DNA of 58,251 nucleotides, taken from NCBI GenBank assembly GCA_041736175.1, contig JBGSUI010000264.1, positions 1-58,251 of the forward strand, read 5' to 3'. A program made the position numbers and the translations under genes. Of the stretch, positions 1 through 10,300 are shown piece after piece. The first letter of the stretch is position 1. Every line of letters begins with the position of its first letter. This DNA is from Oligoflexales bacterium. GTDB taxonomy: Bacteria > Bdellovibrionota_B > Oligoflexia > Oligoflexales > CAIYRB01. Below the pieces are notes generated by a model. That model saw only the letters and a program-made list of their open reading frames with translations, did not search any database and was not told where the DNA came from.

Positions 1-1
1 T

Positions 2-631
2 AATGTGATGGACGTGAAGGCGGTCGTCCTTTTTCTTTCCTTTGCATCCCTGACAGTTATGACCGTCCCTGCTTAAAACGAATGCTTTGGTGTTGTAGAA
101 GCCTTTTTGTCTGCCTTCCTGGTAATCTCTTACATCTGGATTTGAGAGACGGTGAATATCAAAGGTCGCGGTCTCAATAATGACCTCTGAAACGGGAAGG
201 ATGGACTTAATAAATTCGATTTCCGAAACATGAGCCTGGATCTTGCTTCTAACGGTTGGCGTTAGCCATCCGTCCTTACGAACTCGGTTATGAAACCGGG
301 GTGCTCTGTAGCGTAATTTTCGTCCTCTCCTGGTTCTCCTGTAGCTTCGTCTCTGGGTTAGTTTGTCCGAAATATCCTTTCTTGTGTCGGTCTCGGAAGC
401 GTATAGCACTTTCCCGGACTCTGTTCTTGCCGCCGCTCCGATATGATTTGAGCCAGCGTCGACGGTGAGTTTGACCTCCTGCTTGTAGCCGGGCGAACCG
501 TAGAGAAGCTTGATTGTAAAAGGTTCGCGGCCAACGACCTTGGCTTTTCCCTCTTTTAAAAGCCTTCTGGCTTTACCGGGTGAGCACGGCATAAGAGGTT
601 TGCCGTGTTTGTTCAGAACATATGCTACCAT
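2..631 (-). CDS. iscB: IscB RNA-guided endonuclease (IS200/IS605 OMEGA family), N-terminal 210 aa; runs off window edge
   Basis: Manual translation from ATG at 631 (GGAGG RBS upstream): MVAYVLNKHGKPLMPCSPGKARRLLKEGKAKVV (PLMP domain), LTVDAGSNHIG (RuvC-I), RRSYRRTRRGRKLRYRAPRFHNR (bridge helix), IIETATFD (RuvC-II), RDGHNCQGC...RLHVHHI (HNH). No stop codon within the window, so it is absent from the ORF track. Confidence 0.96.
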   Translation of the reverse strand, partial: MVAYVLNKHGKPLMPCSPGKARRLLKEGKAKVVGREPFTIKLLYGSPGYKQEVKLTVDAGSNHIGAAARTESGKVLYASETDTRKDISDKLTQRRSYRRTRRGRKLRYRAPRFHNRVRKDGWLTPTVRSKIQAHVSEIEFIKSILPVSEVIIETATFDIHRLSNPDVRDYQEGRQKGFYNTKAFVLSRDGHNCQGCKGKKKDDRLHVHHI

Positions 632-639
632 TGAGCATA

Positions 640-945
640 CCTCCCTGAACAGGAGTTGTGCGTATCCGACATGAGGAAGGCTCATGACGGACTCCGACGT
701 ACTCTCGACCGGATGTGACAAGGTTTAACGCTATACACACTACCACTCCTCTCGTGGTTTTTTAATGCATAGCCGCAGAGCAAGGGACTGAGTCGCCATC
801 CCAGGGTGCCTATATTTTCCTGTCCATCGTTTACAACCATTAACTCTTACGATCCCTTCTCAGGATTTTTTCTTGGCTGTGGTCTGGTGAAGTGCTCCCG
901 GTTTCCTGGAAGCCGCCGAGTCTTTAGCTCGGGCGGAGGCTTCAC
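640..945 (-). ncRNA. omega RNA (HEARO-type) scaffold of IscB, including the IS200/605 terminal hairpin
   Basis: Minus strand starts GTGAAG (945), which pairs with CTTCAC-CAG (892-884); this is a covariant of the usual GTCAAC...GTTGACCAG. Also present are the hairpin CCGCCCGAGCTAAAGACTCGGCGG and the core CACCCTGGGATG...CTCAGTCCC..GCTCTGCG. Lies directly upstream of iscB. 3' end approximate. Confidence 0.88.
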
Positions 946-1172
946 TGAAGGTCACGGAAAGCCTCTTCGTCCTCAGGGCTTGACCACTCTGATAAAGTAG
1001 ATTCTAAACTTTTTAAATAGTCTAATTCATATTGCGTCGCTTTGGCGACAGTGATGATTCCGTTTTGCTCTTTAAATAGAATTGTGTCTCCCGCTTTTAG
1101 TGAAAGTTTTTCTCGCACAAATTTAGGAATCGTTGCTTGGTGTTTAGATGTTAATTTCGTTGCCTCAGCCAT
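942..1172 (-). CDS. AbrB/MazE/PrlF-type antitoxin
   Basis: KLTSKHQATIPKFVREKLSLKAGDTILF (swapped-hairpin AbrB fold) and C-terminal EWSSPEDEEAFRDL, typical of antitoxins paired with PemK/MazF toxins; ATG at 1172 (GTG at 1178 is an alternative). Confidence 0.88.
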   Translation of the reverse strand: MAEATKLTSKHQATIPKFVREKLSLKAGDTILFKEQNGIITVAKATQYELDYLKSLESTLSEWSSPEDEEAFRDLQ

Positions 1173-1185
1173 TGGCACCCCCTAT

Positions 1186-1216
1186 GTAATACTGTAATAC
1201 CGTAATACCTTGTCAA
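1186..1216 (-). promoter_or_regulatory. Antitoxin promoter: TTGACA -35 followed by three GTATTAC direct repeats (autorepression operator)
   Basis: TTGACA at 1216-1211; plus-strand GTAATAC at 1186, 1194 and 1202 (8-bp period). Confidence 0.7.
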
Positions 1217-1496
1217 AATCGATTGTAAAAGAATTTTATACAATAATATCAGATTATTGAGACTTCAATCCTTTCGGATCACACCTTTCATTGGGATCTT
1301 CGCTACCATCCACCCCGTTCTCCCCTGGACTTAAATTGTCTACATACCCATAATATAAAGCACTGAATTTTTTAGACCTATGTGTACCCTTTCCCCTGGA
1401 ATTCCTTATCGGCAAATTTTGCTCGTTGCATAATAATCTTATAATGCTTCCCATATTTATCAGACGTTATAGCCATTTTTATCAAAAAATGTGGTC

Positions 1497-2135
1497 TTAA
1501 GATGGGTCAGAAACCTTGAGTAAAAAATCTCTGATCGCTGACCGGCCAATCCCCCGGGCAATGACTTTATACTTGGCAGTGATCGCCTCGTCATAACGGA
1601 GGAAATCATTTTCGGGCACTGTAAACTGGCGATTGCCTGTTTGGTGAACAGCCCGGAAAAGCTCGCTTCCCCCATAGGTCTGCTTGAAAATCAATTGGTG
1701 GGTCCGTAAATGGTAGACCTCCACGTCGACCACATAGGAGACGGTTCCGCTGTCCCGGTACCTCCCTGATAAGGTGAGATTGGAAAACTGATCGGGGGTG
1801 GGTGGCGTTTCTTGGTCGTAGGGATTTGGATCTTTTTTGCTGCCCGTATAAAGCTCCGTGCCACCAGCTATGGTTTGCGCAGACTTTAAATGGGCCCGCA
1901 TCAGGACATCGGCTTCTTTTTGGCCCACCAGTTTGAGGTGCCCATCAGCAGCAATGCCAAACTGCAGAGCTTCCCAAAGCAGCTCGTGGGGTACGACTTC
2001 GCGGCTGGTGTCATAGACGGCCTCGACGGCAATGGTTTGAATCCCATTTGGCCTAATGATGGAATCATTGGTAAACTGGTAGGTGCAACCTGTAAGGCTT
2101 AGCCACACCATAATAGTACACAGTCGTTGTCCCAA
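1497..2135 (-). CDS. LptE-like LPS-assembly lipoprotein
   Basis: Lipobox LTGC followed by YQF; IQTIAV, ADVLMRAHL and size fit the LptE family. Confidence 0.6.
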   Translation of the reverse strand: MGQRLCTIMVWLSLTGCTYQFTNDSIIRPNGIQTIAVEAVYDTSREVVPHELLWEALQFGIAADGHLKLVGQKEADVLMRAHLKSAQTIAGGTELYTGSKKDPNPYDQETPPTPDQFSNLTLSGRYRDSGTVSYVVDVEVYHLRTHQLIFKQTYGGSELFRAVHQTGNRQFTVPENDFLRYDEAITAKYKVIARGIGRSAIRDFLLKVSDPS

Positions 2136-2294
2136 AGTATCTCTCCGATTTTAACTGGTTTGTTTTGTAATGTGTTTGCATGGATCTTGTCTACAGTCTG
2201 TCCATTCAGGTTAAATATTGCTACCATCAATGGATAAACGAAATGTTTTTTTTAGGCCGTTCCTAAATCATACCGAGAGGGTTTCAACTCCATC

Positions 2295-2840
2295 ATGTTT
2301 CAGGGTCCACCGAAAGATTTAAAAATCACCAAAGCCCTGAATCCCTCCTATACGGCAGCCACCAAGTCTATGGAATCATGGATGGCAGCCAATCACCGGC
2401 AGTCACCTTCGGATTTAGATGGACTCCTCTGGCAGATCCAGGTCAAGACGATCCTAGAGCCCTTGTCCATGGATTCGCCCCGGGCCTCCCGCGCCAAAGA
2501 CCCGAGCCATGAGCTTAGCTGGGTAACAACCCTATGGGCCGAGGCGACTCTAACCGGCGAAAATCTCTTGTCCCAAGGGGTTTTAGACCCTGACCTCGAT
2601 CGCCGGCTCTTAAGTCTCCTGGGGACAGATAAAATCCCCATGATGTTTAGACCAAAAACCATCGTTTTGGAATCAGAGCAGGCAACCCGCGAGATGCTAT
2701 TGACAGAGATTCCTCTGATCATCAACACCATCCAACAAAGCACCCATAAATCCTTAAAGCGCCAGCTTGTAGGACGGTGGATCGACCAAAACCGAGAATT
2801 CGGTAAAAACGCTCCGATAGGCTCCGACAGGCTCCGATAG
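2295..2840 (+). CDS. hypothetical protein
   Basis: 181-aa ORF with GAGG upstream, filling the gap between neighbours. Confidence 0.55.
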   Translation: MFQGPPKDLKITKALNPSYTAATKSMESWMAANHRQSPSDLDGLLWQIQVKTILEPLSMDSPRASRAKDPSHELSWVTTLWAEATLTGENLLSQGVLDPDLDRRLLSLLGTDKIPMMFRPKTIVLESEQATREMLLTEIPLIINTIQQSTHKSLKRQLVGRWIDQNREFGKNAPIGSDRLR

Positions 2841-2844
2841 GCTC
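2811..2844 (+). repeat. 10-bp tandem repeat GCTCCGAYAG x3
   Basis: gctccgatag gctccgacag gctccgatag gctc; contains the stop of the 2295 ORF. Confidence 0.85.
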
Positions 2845-2865
2845 TTACGCCTCATCGATGGTTTT

Positions 2866-3357
2866 CTAATCGATTGTTTCTGGCTCTGTGCCTTCCCCCT
2901 CGACGGCCACCGCATTTCTGGGCCGGCTTTGGGCTATGGCGACGCCAAACTGGAGTCCTTGGAGGGAGACCTTTGTCAAACCGGGATAGTTTTTGTCAAG
3001 CCATACCAAGGCCTCTTCTGGGGTGACAAACAAGGGAGCCCTGCTCAAAAAATCATAGGCTTCCAAGAGTTTTTTTGGTTTTTCCATCACGCCAGCAAAG
3101 ATAAATGGAACCTTGAGTCTTCTAGCCAACTGCAGGATTTCTTCGAGAAAACTCGGGCAGACCTCCTTTTCGTCTTGGAGGTCAAGAAGGACATAACGCA
3201 CCTCGGTGTTCATCAACCAATTGTGAATGGCCACGGAAAAATCTGCGCAGTTGCCGCAGATCGTCTTGTTGGCACCGCACGAATTCATCACATTGAAAAC
3301 GACGGCGCCGCCTAAGTTCTCTGGGACCAAATCCATAGGAAAGAGCCTTTTTATCAC
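2866..3357 (-). CDS. STAS-like (anti-anti-sigma-like) protein
   Basis: YVLLDLQD...SFLEEILQLARRL...FIFAGV...KKLLE...LFVTPEEAL follows the STAS fold pattern. Confidence 0.6.
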   Translation of the reverse strand: MIKRLFPMDLVPENLGGAVVFNVMNSCGANKTICGNCADFSVAIHNWLMNTEVRYVLLDLQDEKEVCPSFLEEILQLARRLKVPFIFAGVMEKPKKLLEAYDFLSRAPLFVTPEEALVWLDKNYPGLTKVSLQGLQFGVAIAQSRPRNAVAVEGEGTEPETID

Positions 3358-3485
3358 AAGGTTAGATCACAATCGCCGCCTGTTCGGCTCATGTAGCACA
3401 AAGGTCGACTCTAATTATTAAAAATACCACTATCGAGTCAACCTCCTTTTTAAACTGATTTTCGCCGATTTTTAAAGGCCCACTC

Positions 3486-4526
3486 TTACCGAGGGGCATA
3501 CTGCTTGATTTGGAGATTGATTGCCTTGAGGTTTTCCTTGACGGTGTAGGCCTGGGGAGCATCGGGGTAGAGGACGATTGCATCCTCGAGGAGTTGGCGC
3601 GCTGTCTTGAGATACTCGACCCGGCTGCGGTCGTCCATGGCGACATTGGCACTTTGGAAGGCAGTCCTCGCTTTGCGTCTAAGGTCCTGGATTCCGTTTT
3701 GTGAGTACTCTTTTATTTTTTGAATGGCCAGGATCTTAAGGGGGCTTTGGTCGCCCACCTGTTGAACTTTTAAAATCGCTTCGACAAAGAGGCCCCGATC
3801 GGCCAGTTGCTGACCAAGGTTTAATATTTCTTGGTCTGACACAGGAGCTGACGATGAACCGAGGCTCGGGATCACGGGAGTCGTTCCACCCCCAGATGGA
3901 CCGTCGATGGGAACTCCGGGAGAAAAAGGGATCGCCAATTGGCCAGGAGGCGGGGGGATGATGGATTCAACGGGAGGGCTGCCTTTGTCCCAGGTTGCTC
4001 CTTGCTTTCTGAGGGCTGCGGTCACTCGGTTAAAAAACATCTCAGAAACGATCACTTTTTGCAGGCTTTCGATGACGAGTTTAGCGGGTTCCACTCCCTT
4101 CAAGTAGGGGTTTAGCGCGAGAGCATCCGCTATGGGAATGCGGTATTCCTTAGCGTAGGCCTCAAGGGACGGGCCCGTGGGGCGAGCCGAAACTGCCCTG
4201 ACAAATCCCATAACCAGGTAGGCCTCCTTGGTAGACCCGGGGGCGGGGATGGGTCCCAAATCCCTAAGAGAGTCTCGATCACTGTCGGTAAAGACATATT
4301 GGCTTTGGGACCACTCTCGGATTTTGACGAGATCTTTTTCTTCGGCTGGGGTCAGACGAACGGGGGCCACCGGGAGGGCCGTGGGTGGGGGCGTTGCAGG
4401 TTTGGTGTCAGGGGCAACCGGTTCGGCAGTATGGGTTATCCCCGTTTTGGTACAACCCCAGCTCCCCTGTATAAGGCTAGATAGGGCTGCTGCTAGGATG
4501 GTTTTTTTAAACTGTGACAGGATCAC
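3486..4526 (-). CDS. Pro-rich lipoprotein with C-terminal TPR-like helices
   Basis: Signal peptide with SWGC lipobox; C-terminal AIVLYPDAPQA TPR-like motif. Confidence 0.65.
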   Translation of the reverse strand: MILSQFKKTILAAALSSLIQGSWGCTKTGITHTAEPVAPDTKPATPPPTALPVAPVRLTPAEEKDLVKIREWSQSQYVFTDSDRDSLRDLGPIPAPGSTKEAYLVMGFVRAVSARPTGPSLEAYAKEYRIPIADALALNPYLKGVEPAKLVIESLQKVIVSEMFFNRVTAALRKQGATWDKGSPPVESIIPPPPGQLAIPFSPGVPIDGPSGGGTTPVIPSLGSSSAPVSDQEILNLGQQLADRGLFVEAILKVQQVGDQSPLKILAIQKIKEYSQNGIQDLRRKARTAFQSANVAMDDRSRVEYLKTARQLLEDAIVLYPDAPQAYTVKENLKAINLQIKQYAPR

Positions 4527-4631
4527 TGTAAGGCCTCTCTCGGGCTAAAATTTCGCGATAACACTGCTTAGCCTACCTCACTCCTTTGTAACATAAGTAG
4601 CGTCGATCTCAACAACCACTTAGAGTCTTAG

Positions 4632-6221
4632 CTATCCCTTGGGCGTCACCTTGAGGACCTGTCCGGCATAGATCCTATGATGGCGTAGGCGGTTAATCTT
4701 TTTTATTTCGGTTATGGAGACTCCAAATCTTTGTGCCAGTAGGGCTAAATTATCTCCGGGTCGGACGACGTATCGTACTAGCTTGTTTCGGTGGTCGACC
4801 ATGGAATCTGACGAAGCAATCTGTAGTCTCTGGCCGACCACGATCTTGTTGGAGGACATTTTGTTGATCGCTTTGATATCAGTCACCGGGACTTGGTAGA
4901 GCTGGGCGATCTTTGCAAGGGTTTCACCGCGCCGGACCCGATGGACGGTGTTTTCAGCAGCCTCTGTTGGTAAAGAATGAGACCTTGGGGACGGGACCAG
5001 GTCCTCTTGATAAAAAGGAATCGTTTGGCTTGGTGGGAGGGTCGCAAGTTGGTCAGAGGTGCTCTTCAATGCAAAGGCAGCCGGGAGCCATAGGCGGTAG
5101 TTTTTAGTATCATGGGGGATGATCTCCCGTAGGAGATGGGGGTTGTGTTCTTTAAGATCTTCGAGAGGGACTTCGAGCGCCTTAGCAAGGACCGGTAGTG
5201 AGCGACCGCCCGGTGCTTGGATCGACGCTAATTTAAGGGCTGCGGGCGGGGTGGGGACCTCGAATCCATACTTTGCGGGGCTATGACCAATGATCGCAGC
5301 AGCTAAAAACTTTGGGATATAGTCCATCGTCTCCGCTGGTAGCTGCCGCCTGCGGGCCATCTCCCAAAAGTCCCGAGTCTTGGCCTTCATAATGGCATTT
5401 AAGATGCGACCCTCACCAGCGTTGTAGGCAGCCATGGCCAGATACCAAGACTGGAAAACATTATAGAGGTCTCTAAGGTATAGGGACGCAGCAATGGTCG
5501 CTCGGATGGGGTCACGGCGCTCGTCGAGGGTGTTATTGATGCGGAGACCATAGCGTTTTCCGGTTGGCTTTATAAACTGCCAAATCCCCACGGCTTGGGC
5601 ATGGGATTTAGCATGAACATAAAAACCGCTTTCAATCATCGCCTGAAAGTAGAGTTCGGGGGGAATCTCCAGGTCGCGGAGGACCGCCATAATCATCGGG
5701 CGGTAGGTTTCGCCCCGATTTAGAAATCGCTGAAATCGGTCCCGATCCCTCGTGGTAAAATAGCCAATCCATTTTTGCACGGCATCATTCATTTCGAGGG
5801 GGATCCTACCGGAATCTAGCTCTTTAGAAAGTGACGAGTCGTTTTTAAGATCTTGGTCGTCGTCGAGGGATTTGACGGAGTTGATGATCTCGTCAATGGA
5901 CCTTTCAGAGGACCTTTCAGAGGACCTTTCTGAAGATCTAAAATCATTTTTCATGGAAGGTGCTGGGCTCGGCTTTTGGGATGGAAATGGGCTTTTGGAA
6001 ACCGATCCGGCACTTGGGACGCCAGGATTTTGCGAGCCTTCAAGGGTGCCTTCAAGCTTTTTAGGCTCTGAGGACTCTTGGGTCGCGCAGGAGGAGCTGA
6101 GACCGCCCAAAATCAGGGCATAGACTACAAATATATTTTTGTTTATTGAAAAGATAAGGCATAAAAAACCCCGATCCCGAATGGATCCAGCCATAAACGA
6201 CCTCTTACTTGTAGGAGTCAA
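4632..6221 (-). CDS. mltD: MltD-like lytic transglycosylase (SLT + 2 LysM)
   Basis: AMIESG catalytic motif, AVGIWQF, AAYNAGEG; LysM domains HRVRRGETLAKIA and YVVRPGDNL. True start may be downstream. Confidence 0.9.
   Translation of the reverse strand: MTPTSKRSFMAGSIRDRGFLCLIFSINKNIFVVYALILGGLSSSCATQESSEPKKLEGTLEGSQNPGVPSAGSVSKSPFPSQKPSPAPSMKNDFRSSERSSERSSERSIDEIINSVKSLDDDQDLKNDSSLSKELDSGRIPLEMNDAVQKWIGYFTTRDRDRFQRFLNRGETYRPMIMAVLRDLEIPPELYFQAMIESGFYVHAKSHAQAVGIWQFIKPTGKRYGLRINNTLDERRDPIRATIAASLYLRDLYNVFQSWYLAMAAYNAGEGRILNAIMKAKTRDFWEMARRRQLPAETMDYIPKFLAAAIIGHSPAKYGFEVPTPPAALKLASIQAPGGRSLPVLAKALEVPLEDLKEHNPHLLREIIPHDTKNYRLWLPAAFALKSTSDQLATLPPSQTIPFYQEDLVPSPRSHSLPTEAAENTVHRVRRGETLAKIAQLYQVPVTDIKAINKMSSNKIVVGQRLQIASSDSMVDHRNKLVRYVVRPGDNLALLAQRFGVSITEIKKINRLRHHRIYAGQVLKVTPKG
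5898..5933 (+). repeat. 12-bp in-frame tandem repeat x3 (encodes SSER repeats in the MltD linker)
   Basis: ggacctttcaga x2 followed by ggacctttctga. Confidence 0.85.
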
Positions 6222-6358
6222 CGATCAGGTGTGACGAGGGAGTGAGCGGCAGTAGACTGGCAAGATTCTCCCCAAAGAATGCAGCTTCCATTATACCATG
6301 GGAGCCTACTTTTAAGGGAGTGGGGTGGGAGCTAGGCCGGGAGTGGGCCGATCAGCCT

Positions 6359-7312
6359 CTAGGAATGGGCAGTGGCTTCTGGCTTTTTTGGTGGTTTTAC
6401 AACCGATGCCAAAATCGCTAAGGCGAGTAAACCTATAATGACTCCAAGGGCAATCTCAGGTGGGATCTTAAAGTGATGGGATAGACCGATCTTGACTCCC
6501 ACAAAAACCAAGATGACTGACAATGCGTACTTGAGATAGGCAAAGAGCTGCATAAGATGGGCAAGTGCAAAATACAAGGATCTCAACCCTAAGATCGCAA
6601 AGATGTTTGATGTGTAAACAATAAAAGGGTCATCTGTGACCGCAAGGACTGCCGGAATCGAATCGATTGCAAAGACTAAATCGGAGATTTCAATGGTGAC
6701 TAACGCCAAAAACAGCGGAGTTGCCGTCCATTGGCCAGCGAGTTTAACGAAAAAATGATTGTCGTGGATTTTATCGGTCACCGGCATGACCTTGCGAATC
6801 AAACGCACGATGAGTCCTTTGCTCGGATCGTCATCTTCGTGATTTGTTTTGAGGGTTTTGATGCCTGCATAGATAAGGATCACCGCAAAGATATAGACGA
6901 TCCACTCGAATTTTTGCAAGGCGACCACACCGAGGCCAATACAGACGGCCCTGAGGGCGAGGGCTCCTATAATACCCCAAAAAAGCACCCGGTGTTGGAA
7001 CTTGCCAGGTATCCGAAATGCTGAAAAAACCAGGAGAAAGACAAAGAGGTTGTCAACACTCAAGGAGAGTTCCACCAAGTATCCTGTGACAAACAAAAGA
7101 GCTTGGTTGGACCCTTTTTGCCACCAGACCCCTCCGGCAAAGGCAAAGGCTAGAGTCGCCCAAAATGCTGACCATAAAAGGGCTTCCTTGAATTTGATTT
7201 CATGGTCCTTTTTGGCAAAAAATCCAAGGTCCAAGACCAGAAAACCACCGACAACAAGACAAAAGATAATCGTTAAGGGAGAGCCAAAGTTAAAAGCTTC
7301 AAGGGTTTGCAA
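6359..7312 (-). CDS. TerC/Alx family membrane metal-homeostasis protein
   Basis: GYLVELSLSVDNLFVF, QHRVLFWGI, DLVFAIDSIPA, TSNIFAILGLRSLYF. Confidence 0.93.
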   Translation of the reverse strand: MQTLEAFNFGSPLTIIFCLVVGGFLVLDLGFFAKKDHEIKFKEALLWSAFWATLAFAFAGGVWWQKGSNQALLFVTGYLVELSLSVDNLFVFLLVFSAFRIPGKFQHRVLFWGIIGALALRAVCIGLGVVALQKFEWIVYIFAVILIYAGIKTLKTNHEDDDPSKGLIVRLIRKVMPVTDKIHDNHFFVKLAGQWTATPLFLALVTIEISDLVFAIDSIPAVLAVTDDPFIVYTSNIFAILGLRSLYFALAHLMQLFAYLKYALSVILVFVGVKIGLSHHFKIPPEIALGVIIGLLALAILASVVKPPKKPEATAHS

Positions 7313-7324
7313 GGGTCGTTCCTC

Positions 7325-10300
7325 TTAGGTTTCGCGGGTGGGTTCGTAGTTTAAGTTGGGGGTCAACCATTTTTCCATCTCGGCTAAGGGAAGACCTTTA
7401 CGCCGAGCATAGTCTTCCACTTGATCTTTGCCAATCATGCCGACCCGGAAATATTGGGATTGGGGATGGGCAAAATACCATCCCGATACGGAGCTTGGGG
7501 GATTCATGGCCATATTCTCCGTCAGAGTGATCCCGGTCGATCGCTCGATATCCATAAGTTTCCACAGGATCGATTTCTCCGTATGGTCTGGGCAAGCTGG
7601 GTACCCCGGAGCAGGGCGGATACCTCGGTATTTTTCTTTGATCAGCTCATCATAGCTTAAGGCCTCCTGGGTGCCATATCCGAAAATCTGTCGGGCCTTT
7701 CGGTGCATCATCTCAGCGAGGGCCTCGGCGATGCGGTCGCCGATGGCCTTGACCATAATGCTTTGGTAGTCATCATGACTGTCCCGAAAGCTTTTGGCAA
7801 AATCCTCCACCTCCTGACCCGTGGTTACGGCAAACGCTCCCATATAGTCGACCCTGCCGCTGGACTTGGGTGCAATATAGTCTGAAAGAGAAAGGCAGAG
7901 GCCATCCTGGTCGTCTTTTTTACGCTGCTGGCGCAGAAAGTGAAACCGCGCAATCGTGCGATAATTTGCAGCCTTTTCGGAGATCTGGTCAGCCGGGTCG
8001 GATGATTCTAACACCTCTACGTCTTCACCCACCCGCCAGACAGGCCAAAAGCCTTGAATCGCTTTGGGCTTAAAGATCTTTTCGTCGACGATGCGCTGCA
8101 ACAGTTTTTGGGCATCTTGGAACAACGACTTGGCTTCTTTGCCCCACTTAGCATGCTGGAGGATCGAGGGATAAAGCCCCTTAAGCTCCCAGGTCCAAAA
8201 GAAAGGTGACCAGTCGATATAGGGTATAATTTCATCCAGACTTAGGGAGTTGTAGTGGATCAAGCCTAAGGTGCTCGGTTTTAAAATAGGGACCTGAGCC
8301 CAATCGCAGATAAACGACTTTTGTTTGGCCGCTTCAAAAGAAAGGGTCTGGGTCTCACCCCGGTTTTTTTCAAAACGCTGGCGAATCCTTTCCTGATCCA
8401 ATTTGAGTTCGGTAGCATAGGATTCTTTTAACTTTTTATTGAGGAGCTGATTCATAACTCCCACCACCAGGGATGCATCCGCCACGTGGACGACGGGATG
8501 GGCGTAGTGCTGGGCGATCTTGATCGCTGTATGGGCTTTGCTGGTGGTCGCTCCACCGATCAGCAGGGGTACGGAAAAACCCTGCCGCTGCATTTCGGCA
8601 GCATTATGGATCATCTCGTCAAGGGATGGGGTGATCAATCCCGACATGCCGATCGCATCGGCGTCGACTTCCTTAGCTTTTTGGAGGATGGCCTCACAGT
8701 TAACCATCACTCCTAGGTCAAAAACCTCGAAGTTGTTGCAGGCTAACACCACACCGACGATGTTTTTGCCGATATCATGGACATCGCCCTTAACCGTTGC
8801 GATCACAAACCGACCTTGGGTTCGTTCCGCGGAGTTTTTGGCTTTGGCAGCCTCCATATAGGGCATCAGTAGGGCCACGGACTTTTTCATCACCCGAGCA
8901 CTTTTGACGACTTGGGGCAAAAACATCTTACCAGCACCGAAAAGCTCGCCGACGATCTTCATACCATCCATCAGAGGCCCCTCGATCACATCCAAGGGCT
9001 TGGGATATTTTAAACGGGCTTCTTCGGTGTCTTCGTCGATATAGTCAGTGATTCCCTTGACCAAAGCATGGCTAAGACGCTCTTCAACCGTACCCCGACG
9101 CCAGGATTCCTCTTCTTTTGCGGTCTTTGTCTTGGACTGGCCTTTGATTTGTTCGGCAAAATCCACAAGCCTTTCGGTGGCCTCAGGGTTACGATTAAGC
9201 AGAACATCTTCGACCCGTTGCAACAATTCGGGCTCGATCTCTTCGTAGACCTCAAGCATACCGGCGTTGACGATTCCCATATCGAGGCCAGCACTGATGG
9301 CATGGTAAAGAAACGCGGCATGCATCGCTTCCCTAACGGGATTGTTGCCGCGAAAGGAAAACGAAATATTGCTGATACCCCCCGAGGTGCGAGCCCCCGG
9401 ACACTGGATTTTGATTTCGCGCACCGCTTCGATAAAATCGACGGCGTAATTGGCATGCTCTTCCATCCCCGTGGCCACGGTGAGGACGTTGGGGTCAAAG
9501 ATAATATCCTCTGGATACATGCCGAGCCTGTGGACGAGGAGGTCGTAGGCCCGTTTGCAGATACGAACTTTGTCTTGTTTGGTCGCCGCTTGGCCTTGTT
9601 CGTCAAAGGCCATTACGATCACCGAGGCGCCGTAGAGCATACAGAGGCGAGCTTGGGCCAGAAACTTATCTTCACCTTCTTTAAGGCTGATGGAGTTGAC
9701 GATGGCCTTGCCCTGGACGCACTTGAGTCCAGCTTCGATCACGGACCACTTCGAGCTATCGATCATGATCGGAATGCGGGCAATATCAGGTTCCGAGGCA
9801 ATCAAATTTAGAAACTGGGTCATACAAGCTTCGGAGTCTAAGAGTCCTTCGTCAAAATTCACATCGATGATATTGGCGCCGTTCTCCACCTGTTGGCGGG
9901 CCACAGCGAGGGCCTCTTCCATTTTCCCTGCTTTGATCAGCTGGGAAAACTTAGGAGAACCCGTCACGTTGGTGCGCTCGCCAACCATCAGAAACGACTT
10001 GTTTTGGTGGTCCATCCGCAGGGGTTCGAGACCACTGAGTCTTAGGATGCTATCCTGTTGGCGCTGGGACTCGTGAGGATGTTCTACAAGCCGTGGTTTA
10101 ACTTTTTTTGTGGCCTCGGCGATTGCTGCGATATGGCTAGGAGTGGTTCCACAGCATCCACCGACAATATTGATAAGCCTCGATGTGGCAAACTCTTCTA
10201 GGAGTCCAGCTGTCATGGACGGGGTTTCGTCGTAGCCTGTGTCGCTCAGGGGATTGGGGAGACCAGCGTTGGGGTAACAACTGATCGCACAGTCGGCGAG

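Larger units (their letters stand above)
1..945 (-). mobile_element. IS200/IS605-family iscB element (partial; no tnpA within window)
   Basis: omega RNA plus iscB; the element end is placed at 945 from the scaffold start. Confidence 0.8.

Noticed and set aside
256..1000. Plus-strand ORFs 256-468 and 806-1000
   Set aside because: They are antisense shadows of iscB and the omega RNA/antitoxin.
640..1250. CRISPR array associated with IscB
   Set aside because: No repeat-spacer array is present; the GTAATAC repeats are 8-bp tandem operator-like units.
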